The notes: generated from the letters alone by a model not told the origin. Shown: positions 18,178 through 27,979, counted from the stretch's first letter. The stretch is DNA of 58,603 nucleotides from an uncultured Eubacterium sp. (GCA_964518785.1 CAZFHT010000001.1:22673-81275), one strand, 5' to 3'. Program-made: numbers and translations.

Positions 18178-19008
18178 TTATTCCTCTAATTCACTGAGTT
18201 CCCCAAAAGTGTAACCCTTTTTCTTCATCGCTTTAATAATCGACGGCAATGCCTGAGTGTCTGATTTGGAAATCGCATGGAGCAGGACAATCTCACCCTT
18301 GTGGTAATGAGCCATAAATTGTTTAAAAATCGCTTGTTTCCCCGGCTGATTTGACGTGTCATAGTCATAAAATGCCATACTCCAGAAAATCGTTGTATAT
18401 CCGATATCCTGCGTCACTTTTAATGACCTCTGGCTCCATTCCCCCATCGGCGGACGAATAAACTTGTCCATCTCATAACCGGTCTTTTTCTTCATATAAG
18501 AGGCACACCCGAGAATTTCTTTTTTTATCCGGGAAACGGAGCACGTTGGAAGTGACGGATGGTTCATTGTATGATTTCCGACAAGATGCCCTTCTCTCTT
18601 CATGCGTTTTACTAATTTTACATTTCCCCGGATATAGTCCTTCGTCACAAAAAATATTGCCTTAATTTTATTCTTTTTCAAAACATCCAAAATTCGTGAC
18701 GTGTGCCCATTCTCATACCCACAGTCAAAGGACAGATAAATGCGTTTTTTCTTTGTCTTTACGTAATAATACGCATTTTTCTTTTCAATCCCTTTTGCTT
18801 CGCCATTGACCGGCACTTTGTGACTGTTGTTCAATGACAGCCCCCATCCATGTTTTGACGACGAATACTTGTCGTACGATTTCTTCTTCGCCTCTGCGGT
18901 CTGCCCCCCGGCAGCTCCCCCGCATAAAATAGTTATCACTGCAATTAAAAAAATTGCAAAACAGCGAACCGTTCTTCTCTTCCATCTGTTTTTTACCTCA
19001 TGTACCAT
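18178..19008 (-). CDS. Exported CE4 polysaccharide deacetylase, PdaA-like (muramic delta-lactam biosynthesis family)
   Basis: Signal/TM N-terminus; LSFDCGYENG, NHTMNHP, RPPMGE, FWS, LLH. Confidence 0.85.
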   Translation of the reverse strand: MVHEVKNRWKRRTVRCFAIFLIAVITILCGGAAGGQTAEAKKKSYDKYSSSKHGWGLSLNNSHKVPVNGEAKGIEKKNAYYYVKTKKKRIYLSFDCGYENGHTSRILDVLKKNKIKAIFFVTKDYIRGNVKLVKRMKREGHLVGNHTMNHPSLPTCSVSRIKKEILGCASYMKKKTGYEMDKFIRPPMGEWSQRSLKVTQDIGYTTIFWSMAFYDYDTSNQPGKQAIFKQFMAHYHKGEIVLLHAISKSDTQALPSIIKAMKKKGYTFGELSELEE

Positions 19009-19038
19009 AACATATATCCCCTTTCATCTTTTAGGTGC

Positions 19039-19113
19039 TGAATCAGGCAGGTTTTCATCACAAACACCTGTACCGCCTATGTCATTCCACTTATAGGCAA
19101 ATTACCTGGTTCA
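19039..19113. other. Predicted three-way-junction structure in the leader of the deacetylase gene
   Basis: Stems 19039-47/19105-13, 19048-55/19062-70, 19075-80/19093-98; extended -10 TGGTATTAT (minus) at 19130-19138. Confidence 0.45.
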
Positions 19114-19232
19114 TTCAAACTTCCATTTTATAATACCAAAATATGTATTAATTTGCATCATTTTTCTATATTATTATCTAAAATCCTATGACTAATCTGT
19201 TTAATGCTTGACCTAATTCAATCAATCAGCCG

Positions 19233-19262
19233 TTGAATTGTAACAGAATACGTGTTACAATT
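19233..19262 (+). promoter_or_regulatory. SigA promoter overlapped by a perfect palindromic operator
   Basis: TTGAAT-N17-TACAAT with TG extension; AATTGTAACA-N7-TGTTACAATT at 19236-19262. Confidence 0.7.
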
Positions 19263-19290
19263 ATAAAATATTATAAGTGGAGTTGATGCT

Positions 19291-19848
19291 GTGACAGTGT
19301 ATCATGGAACAATATTAAGATATGCTATTGACATATGTACAAACGGAATAAATTTGACGAAAAGCAGTCAATATCTGGATTTTGGGAGAGGCTTTTACAC
19401 TACCGACAATATTGAAATGGCAAAAGATATGGCTCATCGTGTTTCCCAAAAAAAGAAAAGGAAGAAAATTCAAAATTCCTTTCCTTCTGTAATTACATTG
19501 GCGTATAAAGAAAATCCAGAGTTGAATTGCAAAAGATTTGAACATGAAAATATTGAATGGGCTAAATTTATTTTGGCAAATCGTATAACTCCACAAATTG
19601 CTAATGAGTTATATTTAACAGATAACAATCGTGATTCTAAATATGATGTTATTATAGGCAGTACTGCTGATGGAAATATTGCAAGTATAGCATCCGACTT
19701 ACGTTATGGAAATTTAAAACCTAATAACTACACGTTAAAATTATCAGACTTTTTGAAAAAGGATGGCAGTTCCTACGGCAAACAGATTGTATTTTACACT
19801 GAAAAATCTTTGTCTTGCATAGAATATATTAAATGTGATATTATATGA
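19291..19848 (+). CDS. DUF3990-like protein (putative ADP-ribosyltransferase-like fold)
   Basis: VYHGT, DFGRGFYTT, WAKFILANR, YDVIIGSTAD, QIVF motifs; AT-rich. Confidence 0.75.
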   Translation: MTVYHGTILRYAIDICTNGINLTKSSQYLDFGRGFYTTDNIEMAKDMAHRVSQKKKRKKIQNSFPSVITLAYKENPELNCKRFEHENIEWAKFILANRITPQIANELYLTDNNRDSKYDVIIGSTADGNIASIASDLRYGNLKPNNYTLKLSDFLKKDGSSYGKQIVFYTEKSLSCIEYIKCDII

Positions 19849-20086
19849 AATAAGAGGGGTGATAATCATGAGAGAACGAATTAATAATTACAAAAATTGT
19901 ATGGTTGATATTTTTGAAAAAAAGTATCACATTTCTGAATTTCAAGCAAAAAAACTGATTAGAGAGTACGATTTTAACACCGTTCTTAGAGGATGTAATT
20001 ATATTGCTCTTCATGATGACCCAGAATCTTGGGTAGATGAAATATATCAGTGGTCAAATGAGGGACAAGATTTATTGGAGATGTGA
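19835..20086 (+). CDS. Small helical partner protein (start probably 19868)
   Basis: Immediately follows the DUF3990-like gene; GAGGGGTG RBS before ATG 19868; acidic C-terminus HDDPESWVDEI. Confidence 0.65.
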   Translation: MILYEIRGVIIMRERINNYKNCMVDIFEKKYHISEFQAKKLIREYDFNTVLRGCNYIALHDDPESWVDEIYQWSNEGQDLLEM

Positions 20087-20089
20087 TTG

Positions 20090-20136
20090 AATAAGGCATT
20101 TTAGGTATTGAGCTATCTGATTTGCCTTATTTTTTT
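20090..20136 (+). terminator. Intrinsic terminator closing the two-gene islet
   Basis: AATAAGGCA...TGCCTTATT followed by a T-run. Confidence 0.65.
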
Positions 20137-20168
20137 CTTCATTTTCTACGATACGAACGGAGGTTACA

Positions 20169-21677
20169 ATGACAATATCGACTTACGCAGCTATCGACAT
20201 CGGTTCCAATGAACTGTCGATGAAGATTTATGAAATTTCAAAGCAGCGGGGAATTACCGAGCTTACCTGTGTCCGGCAGAAGCTGTCTCTTGGTGCAGAT
20301 ACTTACCGGGACGGAGTGATTTCCTATAAAACAGTGAATGAAATATGTACCACGCTAAATGATTTCAAACGGATTATGAAGGAGTTCCGCACAAAGAAAT
20401 GGCAAATTTATGCCACCAGCGAGCTGCGGGAATCCCGCAATTCTCTGGTCGTTATCGACCAGATAAAAGTTCAAACCGGATTTCATGTAAAAGTCATCAG
20501 TAACAGCGAAACCCGGTTCCTCTATTACAAGGCTCTTGCCCTGAAAGAAAAAAATTTCGAATCCATCATTGAGGATGGTGCTTTACTTATCGACATCGAC
20601 GCCGGCAGTGTCCAGCTCTCTGTCTTTGACCATGGGAAACTGAATGCCACCCAGAATCTTCGCCTTGGCTCTGCCCGGATTCAGGACCTTTTACATGTCA
20701 TGGAGGATGAGGCATATGATTTTACTGCCCTGATTGATGAGTACATCGAAAAGGACTTAAACCTTTTTAAGGAGTTGTATCTTGGCTCCATAACCGTCAA
20801 CCACATCATAGCAGTTGGAGAAATGATTCCCCGCATATATCATCATATCAAAAACAACAAACCGGAATTTGACGGCCATCTGTCAAAAAAACTGCTCACC
20901 AAAAACAAAATTCCAAAAGAATTTCTTGGAGAAAAAGCAAAACTTCTTCTCCCTACCATTTTACTCTGCCGCAAAATTTCCCAGCTCACCGGCTGTGAGG
21001 ATTTATATATGTCCTCCCTTGACCTCTGCGATGGCATTGTTGCAGAATTTGCAGAAAAGAATATCCGGCTGATATCCAATCACGATTTTACTGCCGACAT
21101 TCTTTCCTCTTCGAAAAATATCGCCCGAAAATACATGGTAGATATGAATCACGTGGAAAATGTACAGAAACTTGCCTTGCAGATTTTTGACCGGATTCGC
21201 AAACTCCATGGACTTGGCAAACGAGAACGGCTGCTGTTACAGATTGGCGTAATTCTGCACAGTTGCGGCTCGTATATCAATGAAATCCAGTCCCGCGAAT
21301 GCTCGTATCACATCATTATGTCCACAGAAATTATCGGACTTTCCCACCGGGAACGGGCAATGGTGGCAAATATGGTACGGTATAATGAGACTTCTTTTCC
21401 TTCTTACGGTGAACTGGACGAGGAATTTAGTCGCGACGAATACATTACAATTGTGAAATTAAACGCCATTTTGACAACGGCAAATGTGCTGGATAAAAGC
21501 AACCGCCAGAAAATCAAAAACGTGGGCGTGTCTTTGGCGGATGGTATCCTGACGATTACGGCAGATACGATGTCAGATATTACACTGGAAAAGGGATTGT
21601 TTCATGACAAAGCGGATGTCTTTCAGGAGGTTTTCGGAATTCGTCCTATGCTAAAGCAAAAAAGAACAGGTAAATAA
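20169..21677 (+). CDS. ppx: Ppx/GppA family exopolyphosphatase-like protein with C-terminal HD-like domain
   Basis: AAIDIGSN, ATSELRE, DIDAGSVQ, LRLGS; directly upstream of ppk1. Confidence 0.85.
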   Translation: MTISTYAAIDIGSNELSMKIYEISKQRGITELTCVRQKLSLGADTYRDGVISYKTVNEICTTLNDFKRIMKEFRTKKWQIYATSELRESRNSLVVIDQIKVQTGFHVKVISNSETRFLYYKALALKEKNFESIIEDGALLIDIDAGSVQLSVFDHGKLNATQNLRLGSARIQDLLHVMEDEAYDFTALIDEYIEKDLNLFKELYLGSITVNHIIAVGEMIPRIYHHIKNNKPEFDGHLSKKLLTKNKIPKEFLGEKAKLLLPTILLCRKISQLTGCEDLYMSSLDLCDGIVAEFAEKNIRLISNHDFTADILSSSKNIARKYMVDMNHVENVQKLALQIFDRIRKLHGLGKRERLLLQIGVILHSCGSYINEIQSRECSYHIIMSTEIIGLSHRERAMVANMVRYNETSFPSYGELDEEFSRDEYITIVKLNAILTTANVLDKSNRQKIKNVGVSLADGILTITADTMSDITLEKGLFHDKADVFQEVFGIRPMLKQKRTGK

Positions 21678-21692
21678 TGGAGGTAAACTTAT

Positions 21693-23732
21693 ATGGAGAA
21701 ATTTAAAAATCGTGAACTAAGCTGGCTGGACTTCAACTACCGCTGTCTCTCCGAGGCGAGGGATAAAAATATTCCGCTGATGGAACGTCTGAAATTTTTG
21801 AGCATTACTGCCTCCAATCTGGACGAATTTTTTATGATTCGAGTGGCGTCCCTGAAGGACCAAGTGAATGCCGGCTACACTAAAACTGACATTTCCGGCA
21901 TGACCGCCAAAGAACAGGTAAACGCCATTCTTGAGGTGACACATAAGTTCATGGCAACCCAGTATTCCACATATAACCGTTCTCTGTTACCGGCTCTGAA
22001 AAAAGAAGGGTTAAAAATCGTAACTGCCTATGAGAACTTAACGGAACAGCAGGCGGATTATGTCGATACTTATTTTATGCAGCAGGTTTTTCCTGTACTG
22101 ACGCCGATGGCAGTGGACTCCTCCCGTCCTTTTCCGCTGATTCGCAATAAATCACTGAACATTGGCGCCCTTCTCATGGACAAAAAAAAGAAGAACACCA
22201 TTGATTTTGCCACCGTTCAAGTGCCTTCCGTACTCCCTCGGGTGGTCACAATTCCTTCGGACAAGGAAAACTGTACAACGATTATTTTACTGGAACAGAT
22301 TATCGAAAAAAATATACAGAAATTATTTATGAATTACAAAGTTCTCTGTGCCACTCCGTTCCGAGTCACAAGAAATGCCGACCTGACAATTGACGAGGAC
22401 GAGGCGTCCGACCTTTTGATTGAAATCGAAAAGCAATTAAAAAAGCGTCAGTGGGGTGAAGCAATCCGTCTGGAGGTGGAGGACGGCATTGACAAGCGTC
22501 TGCGGAAACTCCTTCGGCGTGAGCTGAACATAGGGGAAGAATCCATATTCCAGATAAATGGTCCCATGGATTTAACTTTTCTCATGAAGGTATACGGCAT
22601 GGAAGGATTTGAACATCTGAAGGATGTTCCTTTCACTCCGGCACAGCCAAAAATGTTAAATCCGAACCAAAACCTTTTTGAGCAAATACGAGAGCGTGAT
22701 ATTTTACTTTTCCACCCTTATGAATCCTTTGACCCTATCGTGAATTTTATCCATACGGCAGCAAAAGACCCGAATGTGCTGGCAATCAAGCAGACGCTTT
22801 ACCGCGTCAGCAGTCATTCGCCCATCATTGCCTCTCTTGCCGAGGCGGCGGAAAATGGCAAACAGGTTTCTGTACTGGTGGAATTAAAGGCACGCTTTGA
22901 TGAGGAAAACAACATTGTCTGGGCGAGAAAACTGGAAAAGGCAGGATGTCATGTCATCTACGGACTGGTGGGGTTGAAAACGCACAGTAAAATCACATTG
23001 GTTGTCCGTCAGGAGGAGGATGGAATCCGCCGCTACGTTCACCTTGGCACCGGAAATTATAATGACTCCACCGCTAAGCTCTACACAGACATGGGTATGT
23101 TTACCTGCAAACCCGCTTACGGCGAGGATGCCACTGCGGTATTTAATATGCTTTCGGGTTATTCCGAACCGCTTGGCTGGAACAAGCTGGCACTGGCTCC
23201 TACATGGCTCCGGGATAAATTCCTCTTTCTCATTAACCGGGAAAGAGACAATGCCGCCAAAGGACGCCCTGCAAAGATTATCGCCAAAATGAATTCTCTC
23301 TGTGACCGGGGTATTATGGAGGCACTGTATGACGCCTCGGCTGCCGGCGTCGAAATCCAGCTCATTGTCCGGGGAATCTGCTGCCTTCGTGCGGGAGTAC
23401 CCGGCTTGAGCGAAACCATCCACGTCCGTTCCATCGTTGGCACCTTTTTGGAACACGCACGTATTTTCTACTTTGAAAATAATGGAGAACCGGAATTTTA
23501 CATGGGCAGTGCAGACTGGATGCCGAGGAATTTAGACAAACGTGTAGAAATTCTATTCCCGGTGGAGGATGAAAATTTAAAAGAAGAAATTAAACACATT
23601 TTAGATGTACAGCTTGCAGATACAAAAAAAGCCCATCTTCTCATGCCGGATGGCTCTTATGAGAAGGTGGACCAGCGAGGGAAAACACCGCTGAATTCCC
23701 AAATGTATTTTTGTGATTATTTTAGAAAATAA
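21693..23732 (+). CDS. ppk1: Polyphosphate kinase 1
   Basis: NRELSWLDFN, NLDEFFMIRV, HPYESF, ELKARFDE, KTHSK, SADWMPRN. Confidence 0.97.
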   Translation: MEKFKNRELSWLDFNYRCLSEARDKNIPLMERLKFLSITASNLDEFFMIRVASLKDQVNAGYTKTDISGMTAKEQVNAILEVTHKFMATQYSTYNRSLLPALKKEGLKIVTAYENLTEQQADYVDTYFMQQVFPVLTPMAVDSSRPFPLIRNKSLNIGALLMDKKKKNTIDFATVQVPSVLPRVVTIPSDKENCTTIILLEQIIEKNIQKLFMNYKVLCATPFRVTRNADLTIDEDEASDLLIEIEKQLKKRQWGEAIRLEVEDGIDKRLRKLLRRELNIGEESIFQINGPMDLTFLMKVYGMEGFEHLKDVPFTPAQPKMLNPNQNLFEQIRERDILLFHPYESFDPIVNFIHTAAKDPNVLAIKQTLYRVSSHSPIIASLAEAAENGKQVSVLVELKARFDEENNIVWARKLEKAGCHVIYGLVGLKTHSKITLVVRQEEDGIRRYVHLGTGNYNDSTAKLYTDMGMFTCKPAYGEDATAVFNMLSGYSEPLGWNKLALAPTWLRDKFLFLINRERDNAAKGRPAKIIAKMNSLCDRGIMEALYDASAAGVEIQLIVRGICCLRAGVPGLSETIHVRSIVGTFLEHARIFYFENNGEPEFYMGSADWMPRNLDKRVEILFPVEDENLKEEIKHILDVQLADTKKAHLLMPDGSYEKVDQRGKTPLNSQMYFCDYFRK

Positions 23733-24345
23733 CACTTTTCGCTAATTCGTCTGCCACATCATTCCACTTGTCACCGGAATGGCCTTTCACTTTTTGAAAC
23801 GTGACCGACAACCTCCCCCGGAGGGAATCATAGTATTCTTTGTATGCTTTGGTTCCCTCTTTATTTGTCTTCCACTCTCCCAGACACCACGAGGCGATTC
23901 CCTGATAGTCGTGGAAAATAACCAGTTTCTCCGCACCCAGCCGGACAGCCTCCCTCATGGCAAGCTCCGCACCCAAAATCTCGCCCGCCACATTTCTCAT
24001 GGACGCCAGCTCCTTATCTTCTCCCCTCCGGCAAATTCTTTTTTCTTCTCCCTCATAAAAAAACACAACGCCGCAGCTATACTCCTTCGTTTTGTTATTA
24101 TAACTGCCATCCACGTAAGCCACTGCCTCACCCTGCGACAGACTTTCAATCTTTCCCTCTTCGTCAACGGACACCTTCTCATCCCGGCTGCCGCCACACA
24201 AAAAATCCTCTGCCTCCTGTATCGTGGCAAAGCCCTTATAAATGGCACCATGAAATCCCATCACCTGTTTTTTGCAGTCGTCCCATGTGAGATAAATCCC
24301 CGGCGTCTTTCCTTTTTTTACTGCATAATATTTCTTTTTCGTCAT
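23722..24345 (-). CDS. rnhA: Ribonuclease HI with N-terminal hybrid-binding (viroplasmin-like) domain
   Basis: YYAVKKGKTPGIYLTW; YVDGS, NVAGE, HDYQG, KVKGHSG, NDVADELAK. Confidence 0.9.
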   Translation of the reverse strand: MTKKKYYAVKKGKTPGIYLTWDDCKKQVMGFHGAIYKGFATIQEAEDFLCGGSRDEKVSVDEEGKIESLSQGEAVAYVDGSYNNKTKEYSCGVVFFYEGEEKRICRRGEDKELASMRNVAGEILGAELAMREAVRLGAEKLVIFHDYQGIASWCLGEWKTNKEGTKAYKEYYDSLRGRLSVTFQKVKGHSGDKWNDVADELAKSVIF

Positions 24346-25058
24346 TCTTCTTTCCTTTCACTTGTCGTCAATTCCGAAATTTCTTTCTCTGTCAACATCC
24401 GGTATTCCCCCGGCTGTAAAGTTTCGTCCAGTTTAAGAGTTCCCATGGAAATCCGCTTTAAATAGGTGACACGCCCGCCGACTTTTCCAATCATTCTTTT
24501 TACCTGATGATACTTTCCCTCAGATATGGTCACCATCGCTTTTCCGTCTCCGAGCAGCTCCAGTTTTGCCGGTTTTGTCTCTCTCTTCTCGCCAATGTCC
24601 ATCCCTTTGGCAAACAGTTCTGCTGCCTCCTTCTGCAATTCTCCCTCATAGCGTAAAACATAGCATTTTTCTACATGATATTTGGGAGAAAGCAGACGGT
24701 GAGCCAGCAGACCATTATTGGTCAGCAGCAAAAGACCTTCGGTATCTTTGTCCAGTCTTCCCACCGGAAAAATCTCTCTCCCTCTGGTATCCATCAAGTC
24801 CACCACTGTTTTTTTACCGGCGTCCTTTGTGGCAGACAGCACGCCTGACGGCTTGTTCATCATATAATATACATGCTGCTGCCCCTCGACCTTCACGCCG
24901 TCAAGGAAAACCTCTGAATCTTGTATTTTCATCTCCGGCTTAACAGCAGTTTCACCCTCTACCGTTACCCTGCCTTTTTTCACCGCTGTTTTTGCCTCTT
25001 TCCGGCTCAGTCCGCCATACAGCGATAAAAATTTGTCTAACCGCATTTCACTCACCAT
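24342..25058 (-). CDS. RsuA-family pseudouridine synthase
   Basis: S4 domain RLDKFL; GRLDKDTEGLLLLT; EGKYHQVKRM. Confidence 0.93.
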   Translation of the reverse strand: MVSEMRLDKFLSLYGGLSRKEAKTAVKKGRVTVEGETAVKPEMKIQDSEVFLDGVKVEGQQHVYYMMNKPSGVLSATKDAGKKTVVDLMDTRGREIFPVGRLDKDTEGLLLLTNNGLLAHRLLSPKYHVEKCYVLRYEGELQKEAAELFAKGMDIGEKRETKPAKLELLGDGKAMVTISEGKYHQVKRMIGKVGGRVTYLKRISMGTLKLDETLQPGEYRMLTEKEISELTTSERKEE

Positions 25059-25129
25059 CCACGCCGCCTTTCATATAATAATAAAGAATACATCTTGTGA
25101 CTTCTGTTCACAAAAAGGGAGAACCAACA

Positions 25130-25702
25130 ATGCCAATCCGCATTTTTATCGACCAGGGACACAATCCCTATGGTTTCAACGCCGGAGCCGAAGGCTTCGG
25201 ACTTCGGGAGCAGGACATTACTTATCTGGTAGGAGCCTATCTCTCAGATATTCTCAATGCCGACCCCCGCTTTGAGGCAGTCACGTCCCGCCAGAACCCG
25301 GAGGAAATTTTAGGATACAGCACCACCTCCAGTCTGCAGCAGCGGGTAGATATGGCAGCCGCATGGGGTGCCGACTATTTTTTAAGTATTCATGTCAATG
25401 CCAATGAAAATCCCGCCATCAACGGAACAGAGGCATACGTTTATCAAGCCAATTCCGAGGCATATTACATGGGCGAGGATATCGTTAAGGAGATTGTCCG
25501 CCGTCTCGGAACAAAAAACAACGGCGTCTACGTCCGTCCGTCTTTATATGTATTACGGCGGACCAGTATGCCCGCCGTATTGATTGAATTAGCCTATATA
25601 TCCAATTATGAAGATGCCCTGCTGCTCTCCACCGAGCAGTACCCCTTCGCCTACGCCATCTACAACGGTCTGCTAAACTACTTCGGTTACCCGCAGTTCT
25701 AA
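25130..25702 (+). CDS. N-acetylmuramoyl-L-alanine amidase (Amidase_3), no signal peptide or binding domain
   Basis: IDQGH, E, SIHVNA, LIELAY; possible mother-cell -10 CATATAAT at 25072-25079. Confidence 0.9.
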   Translation: MPIRIFIDQGHNPYGFNAGAEGFGLREQDITYLVGAYLSDILNADPRFEAVTSRQNPEEILGYSTTSSLQQRVDMAAAWGADYFLSIHVNANENPAINGTEAYVYQANSEAYYMGEDIVKEIVRRLGTKNNGVYVRPSLYVLRRTSMPAVLIELAYISNYEDALLLSTEQYPFAYAIYNGLLNYFGYPQF

Positions 25703-25715
25703 CCATTTCCGAGAG

Positions 25716-26579
25716 TTATGCCACCGTTGCCCCACTGATGAGGAAATACAGGATAACAACGACTCCCAAAACAATCCGGTAATAGCCAAATGCCTTGAAA
25801 TCGTGTTTGCGTATGTAACCCATAAGGAAACGAATCACGAAAAGGGATACGACAAATGCCACAAACATTCCGACAAACAGTGTGACACATCCCATGGCTC
25901 CGTAATTCAGCCCGCCCTTGGCAATTTTCAAAACACTGGCACCGAACATAACCGGAATCGCCAGATAAAAAGTATACTCTGCCGCCACACCTCTGCTCAC
26001 GCCAATCAAAAGTGCGCCAATAATCGTGGCACCGGACCGGGATGTTCCCGGCACAATGGCAGCCAAAAGCTGAAAGATACCAATGATTATAGCGGTGTTA
26101 TAACCAATCTCCGTCACCCTTGTAATAACCGGGCGTCTGCCCTTATTCCAATTTTCAATAATGATAAACAAAATACCGTAAATAATCAACGCCCCTGCCA
26201 CAACGATGGCATTGTAAAACATATCATCAATAATATCATCAAACAGCACTCCTACCACTGCCGCAGGCAGGCAGGACACAATAATCTTAAACCACAACTG
26301 CATAATGTCTTTTTTGATAAAAGGCTGTTCATTTTTCTTATATTTAAAATTGAATGGCCAGATTTTATTCCAAAACAAAAGTACAACAGCTAGGATTGCC
26401 CCAAGCTGAACGACAACAAGAAACATTTCCTGAAAATTTTCATCTGAAAAATGTAAAAACTGATTCACTAAAATCATATGTCCGGTACTGCTGATTGGCA
26501 GCCATTCCGTAATTCCCTCCACAATGCCAAGAATTGCCGCAACAAGCACATCAAAGATTCCCATTATTGTTTCCTCCAT
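25716..26579 (-). CDS. uppP: Undecaprenyl-diphosphate phosphatase
   Basis: EGITEWLPISSTGH, PGTSRSG, FGYYR. Confidence 0.96.
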   Translation of the reverse strand: MEETIMGIFDVLVAAILGIVEGITEWLPISSTGHMILVNQFLHFSDENFQEMFLVVVQLGAILAVVLLFWNKIWPFNFKYKKNEQPFIKKDIMQLWFKIIVSCLPAAVVGVLFDDIIDDMFYNAIVVAGALIIYGILFIIIENWNKGRRPVITRVTEIGYNTAIIIGIFQLLAAIVPGTSRSGATIIGALLIGVSRGVAAEYTFYLAIPVMFGASVLKIAKGGLNYGAMGCVTLFVGMFVAFVVSLFVIRFLMGYIRKHDFKAFGYYRIVLGVVVILYFLISGATVA

Positions 26580-26764
26580 CTCCGTTTAATCTCTGCTAAT
26601 CTTAACATAATCCTTGTTTTTAGACAACCCCAAATAAGTGCAGGGTTCTGAACAACCGGGCAGCTGGCAAAAAAAACATCCCCTCATAGTTTTTCAATTA
26701 GTCTATGAGAGGATTATTGTTTTTATGCGGTCCGGTAAAACGGACTTGAACTTTTCTTTTGCAA

Positions 26765-27121
26765 TTACTGATTGTCGGTATCATCATTCGTCACGTCGTC
26801 GGTGGCGTCTTCCACACCGTCCACTGCATCATTTACTGCATTTCCGGCTCCATCCACCGCGTCTTGTACGGCATCTCCGGCTCCGTCTACCGCATCCTCC
26901 ACGACATTTCCATCCGAATCCGTTCCATTTTCATTGTCGTTCGTGTCATTCACGTCGGAATCCGTTTCGGGTGTCTCCGTTGCCACTGGTGAATCCGTCG
27001 GATTTTCTGTAATATCCGGCGTTGCGGAAGGAGCTGTCGCACTATTATTTTTCGTGCCGCAGCCCACAAGGGCAACTGACATACAGACAGCCAGCAGACC
27101 TGTTAAAAAAATTTTCTTCAT
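26765..27121 (-). CDS. Small acidic lipoprotein with 11-residue repeats
   Basis: Lipobox LVGC; GNVVEDAVDGA/GDAVQDAVDGA/GNAVNDAVDGV. Confidence 0.75.
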   Translation of the reverse strand: MKKIFLTGLLAVCMSVALVGCGTKNNSATAPSATPDITENPTDSPVATETPETDSDVNDTNDNENGTDSDGNVVEDAVDGAGDAVQDAVDGAGNAVNDAVDGVEDATDDVTNDDTDNQ

Positions 27122-27233
27122 TTTCTTTTCCTCACTTTCCTGCGAAAATCCTTCGCTTTCCTTCGGTATATTTACAACGTTAGTGTGACCATTTTCGGAA
27201 AAAATATGAAAAAATTTTTAAATCTATTTTATC

Positions 27234-27908
27234 TTAACGGATGACTTCAAGTAATTCGGACGGAATGTCAATGACGTATTTGGCGCCGTTTTTCTCTAAG
27301 AATTTCCGTCCTCGAAATCCCCAGCTCACACCGACACAGTCCATCCCAGCATTTTTCGCCGTCTGGAGGTCCACATCCGAGTCTCCTACATACACCGCTT
27401 TTTCCACCGGACAATTCATCTCCTCCAAGGTGTGAAAAACCATATCCGGAGCCGGTTTTTTCCGGATTCCCTCATCCTCATTTTCTCCATGGCAGACAGA
27501 GATGTAATCTGCAAAATAAACCGGAATTAATTCCTTCACAGCAAAGTCTGCTTTGTTCGAAACGACAGCCATTTTCATTCCTTTTTCGTGAAGATTTTTC
27601 AGCAGTTCTAAAATTCCATCGTAAGGAGCTGTCTTGTCCTGACAATGCTCACTGTAAAATGCCCGGAACTCTTTCATCATAGAATCAAATGCCGGGTGCT
27701 GCCGCCCTCCGGGAACCGCCCTCTCCATCAGTTTTACAATGCCATTTCCCACAAAGCCACGAATTTCTTCCACACTGCGTTCCGGCAGATTTTCTGACGC
27801 CAAGGCAGTATTTACCGCATCCGTCAAATCCTCCAGTGTATTGAGCAGCGTTCCATCCAAATCAAAAACAATCGTTTCATATTTCATATTTTTCGCCTCA
27901 CTTTTCAC
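27234..27908 (-). CDS. HAD-family hydrolase (phosphoglycolate phosphatase-like)
   Basis: FDLDGTL, VSNK, KKPAPD, VGDSDVD. Confidence 0.92.
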   Translation of the reverse strand: MKSEAKNMKYETIVFDLDGTLLNTLEDLTDAVNTALASENLPERSVEEIRGFVGNGIVKLMERAVPGGRQHPAFDSMMKEFRAFYSEHCQDKTAPYDGILELLKNLHEKGMKMAVVSNKADFAVKELIPVYFADYISVCHGENEDEGIRKKPAPDMVFHTLEEMNCPVEKAVYVGDSDVDLQTAKNAGMDCVGVSWGFRGRKFLEKNGAKYVIDIPSELLEVIR

Positions 27909-27979
27909 TCAATTAAGGTTATTGCTCTGAGAACAATAACTAATTGGTTACTATAGCACACTTCCTGCTTTACGTCCAG

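Noticed and set aside
23722-24345. Viral or retroelement origin of the viroplasmin-like RNase H
   Set aside because: The hybrid-binding domain is a normal part of many Firmicute RNase HI proteins; no RT or integrase nearby
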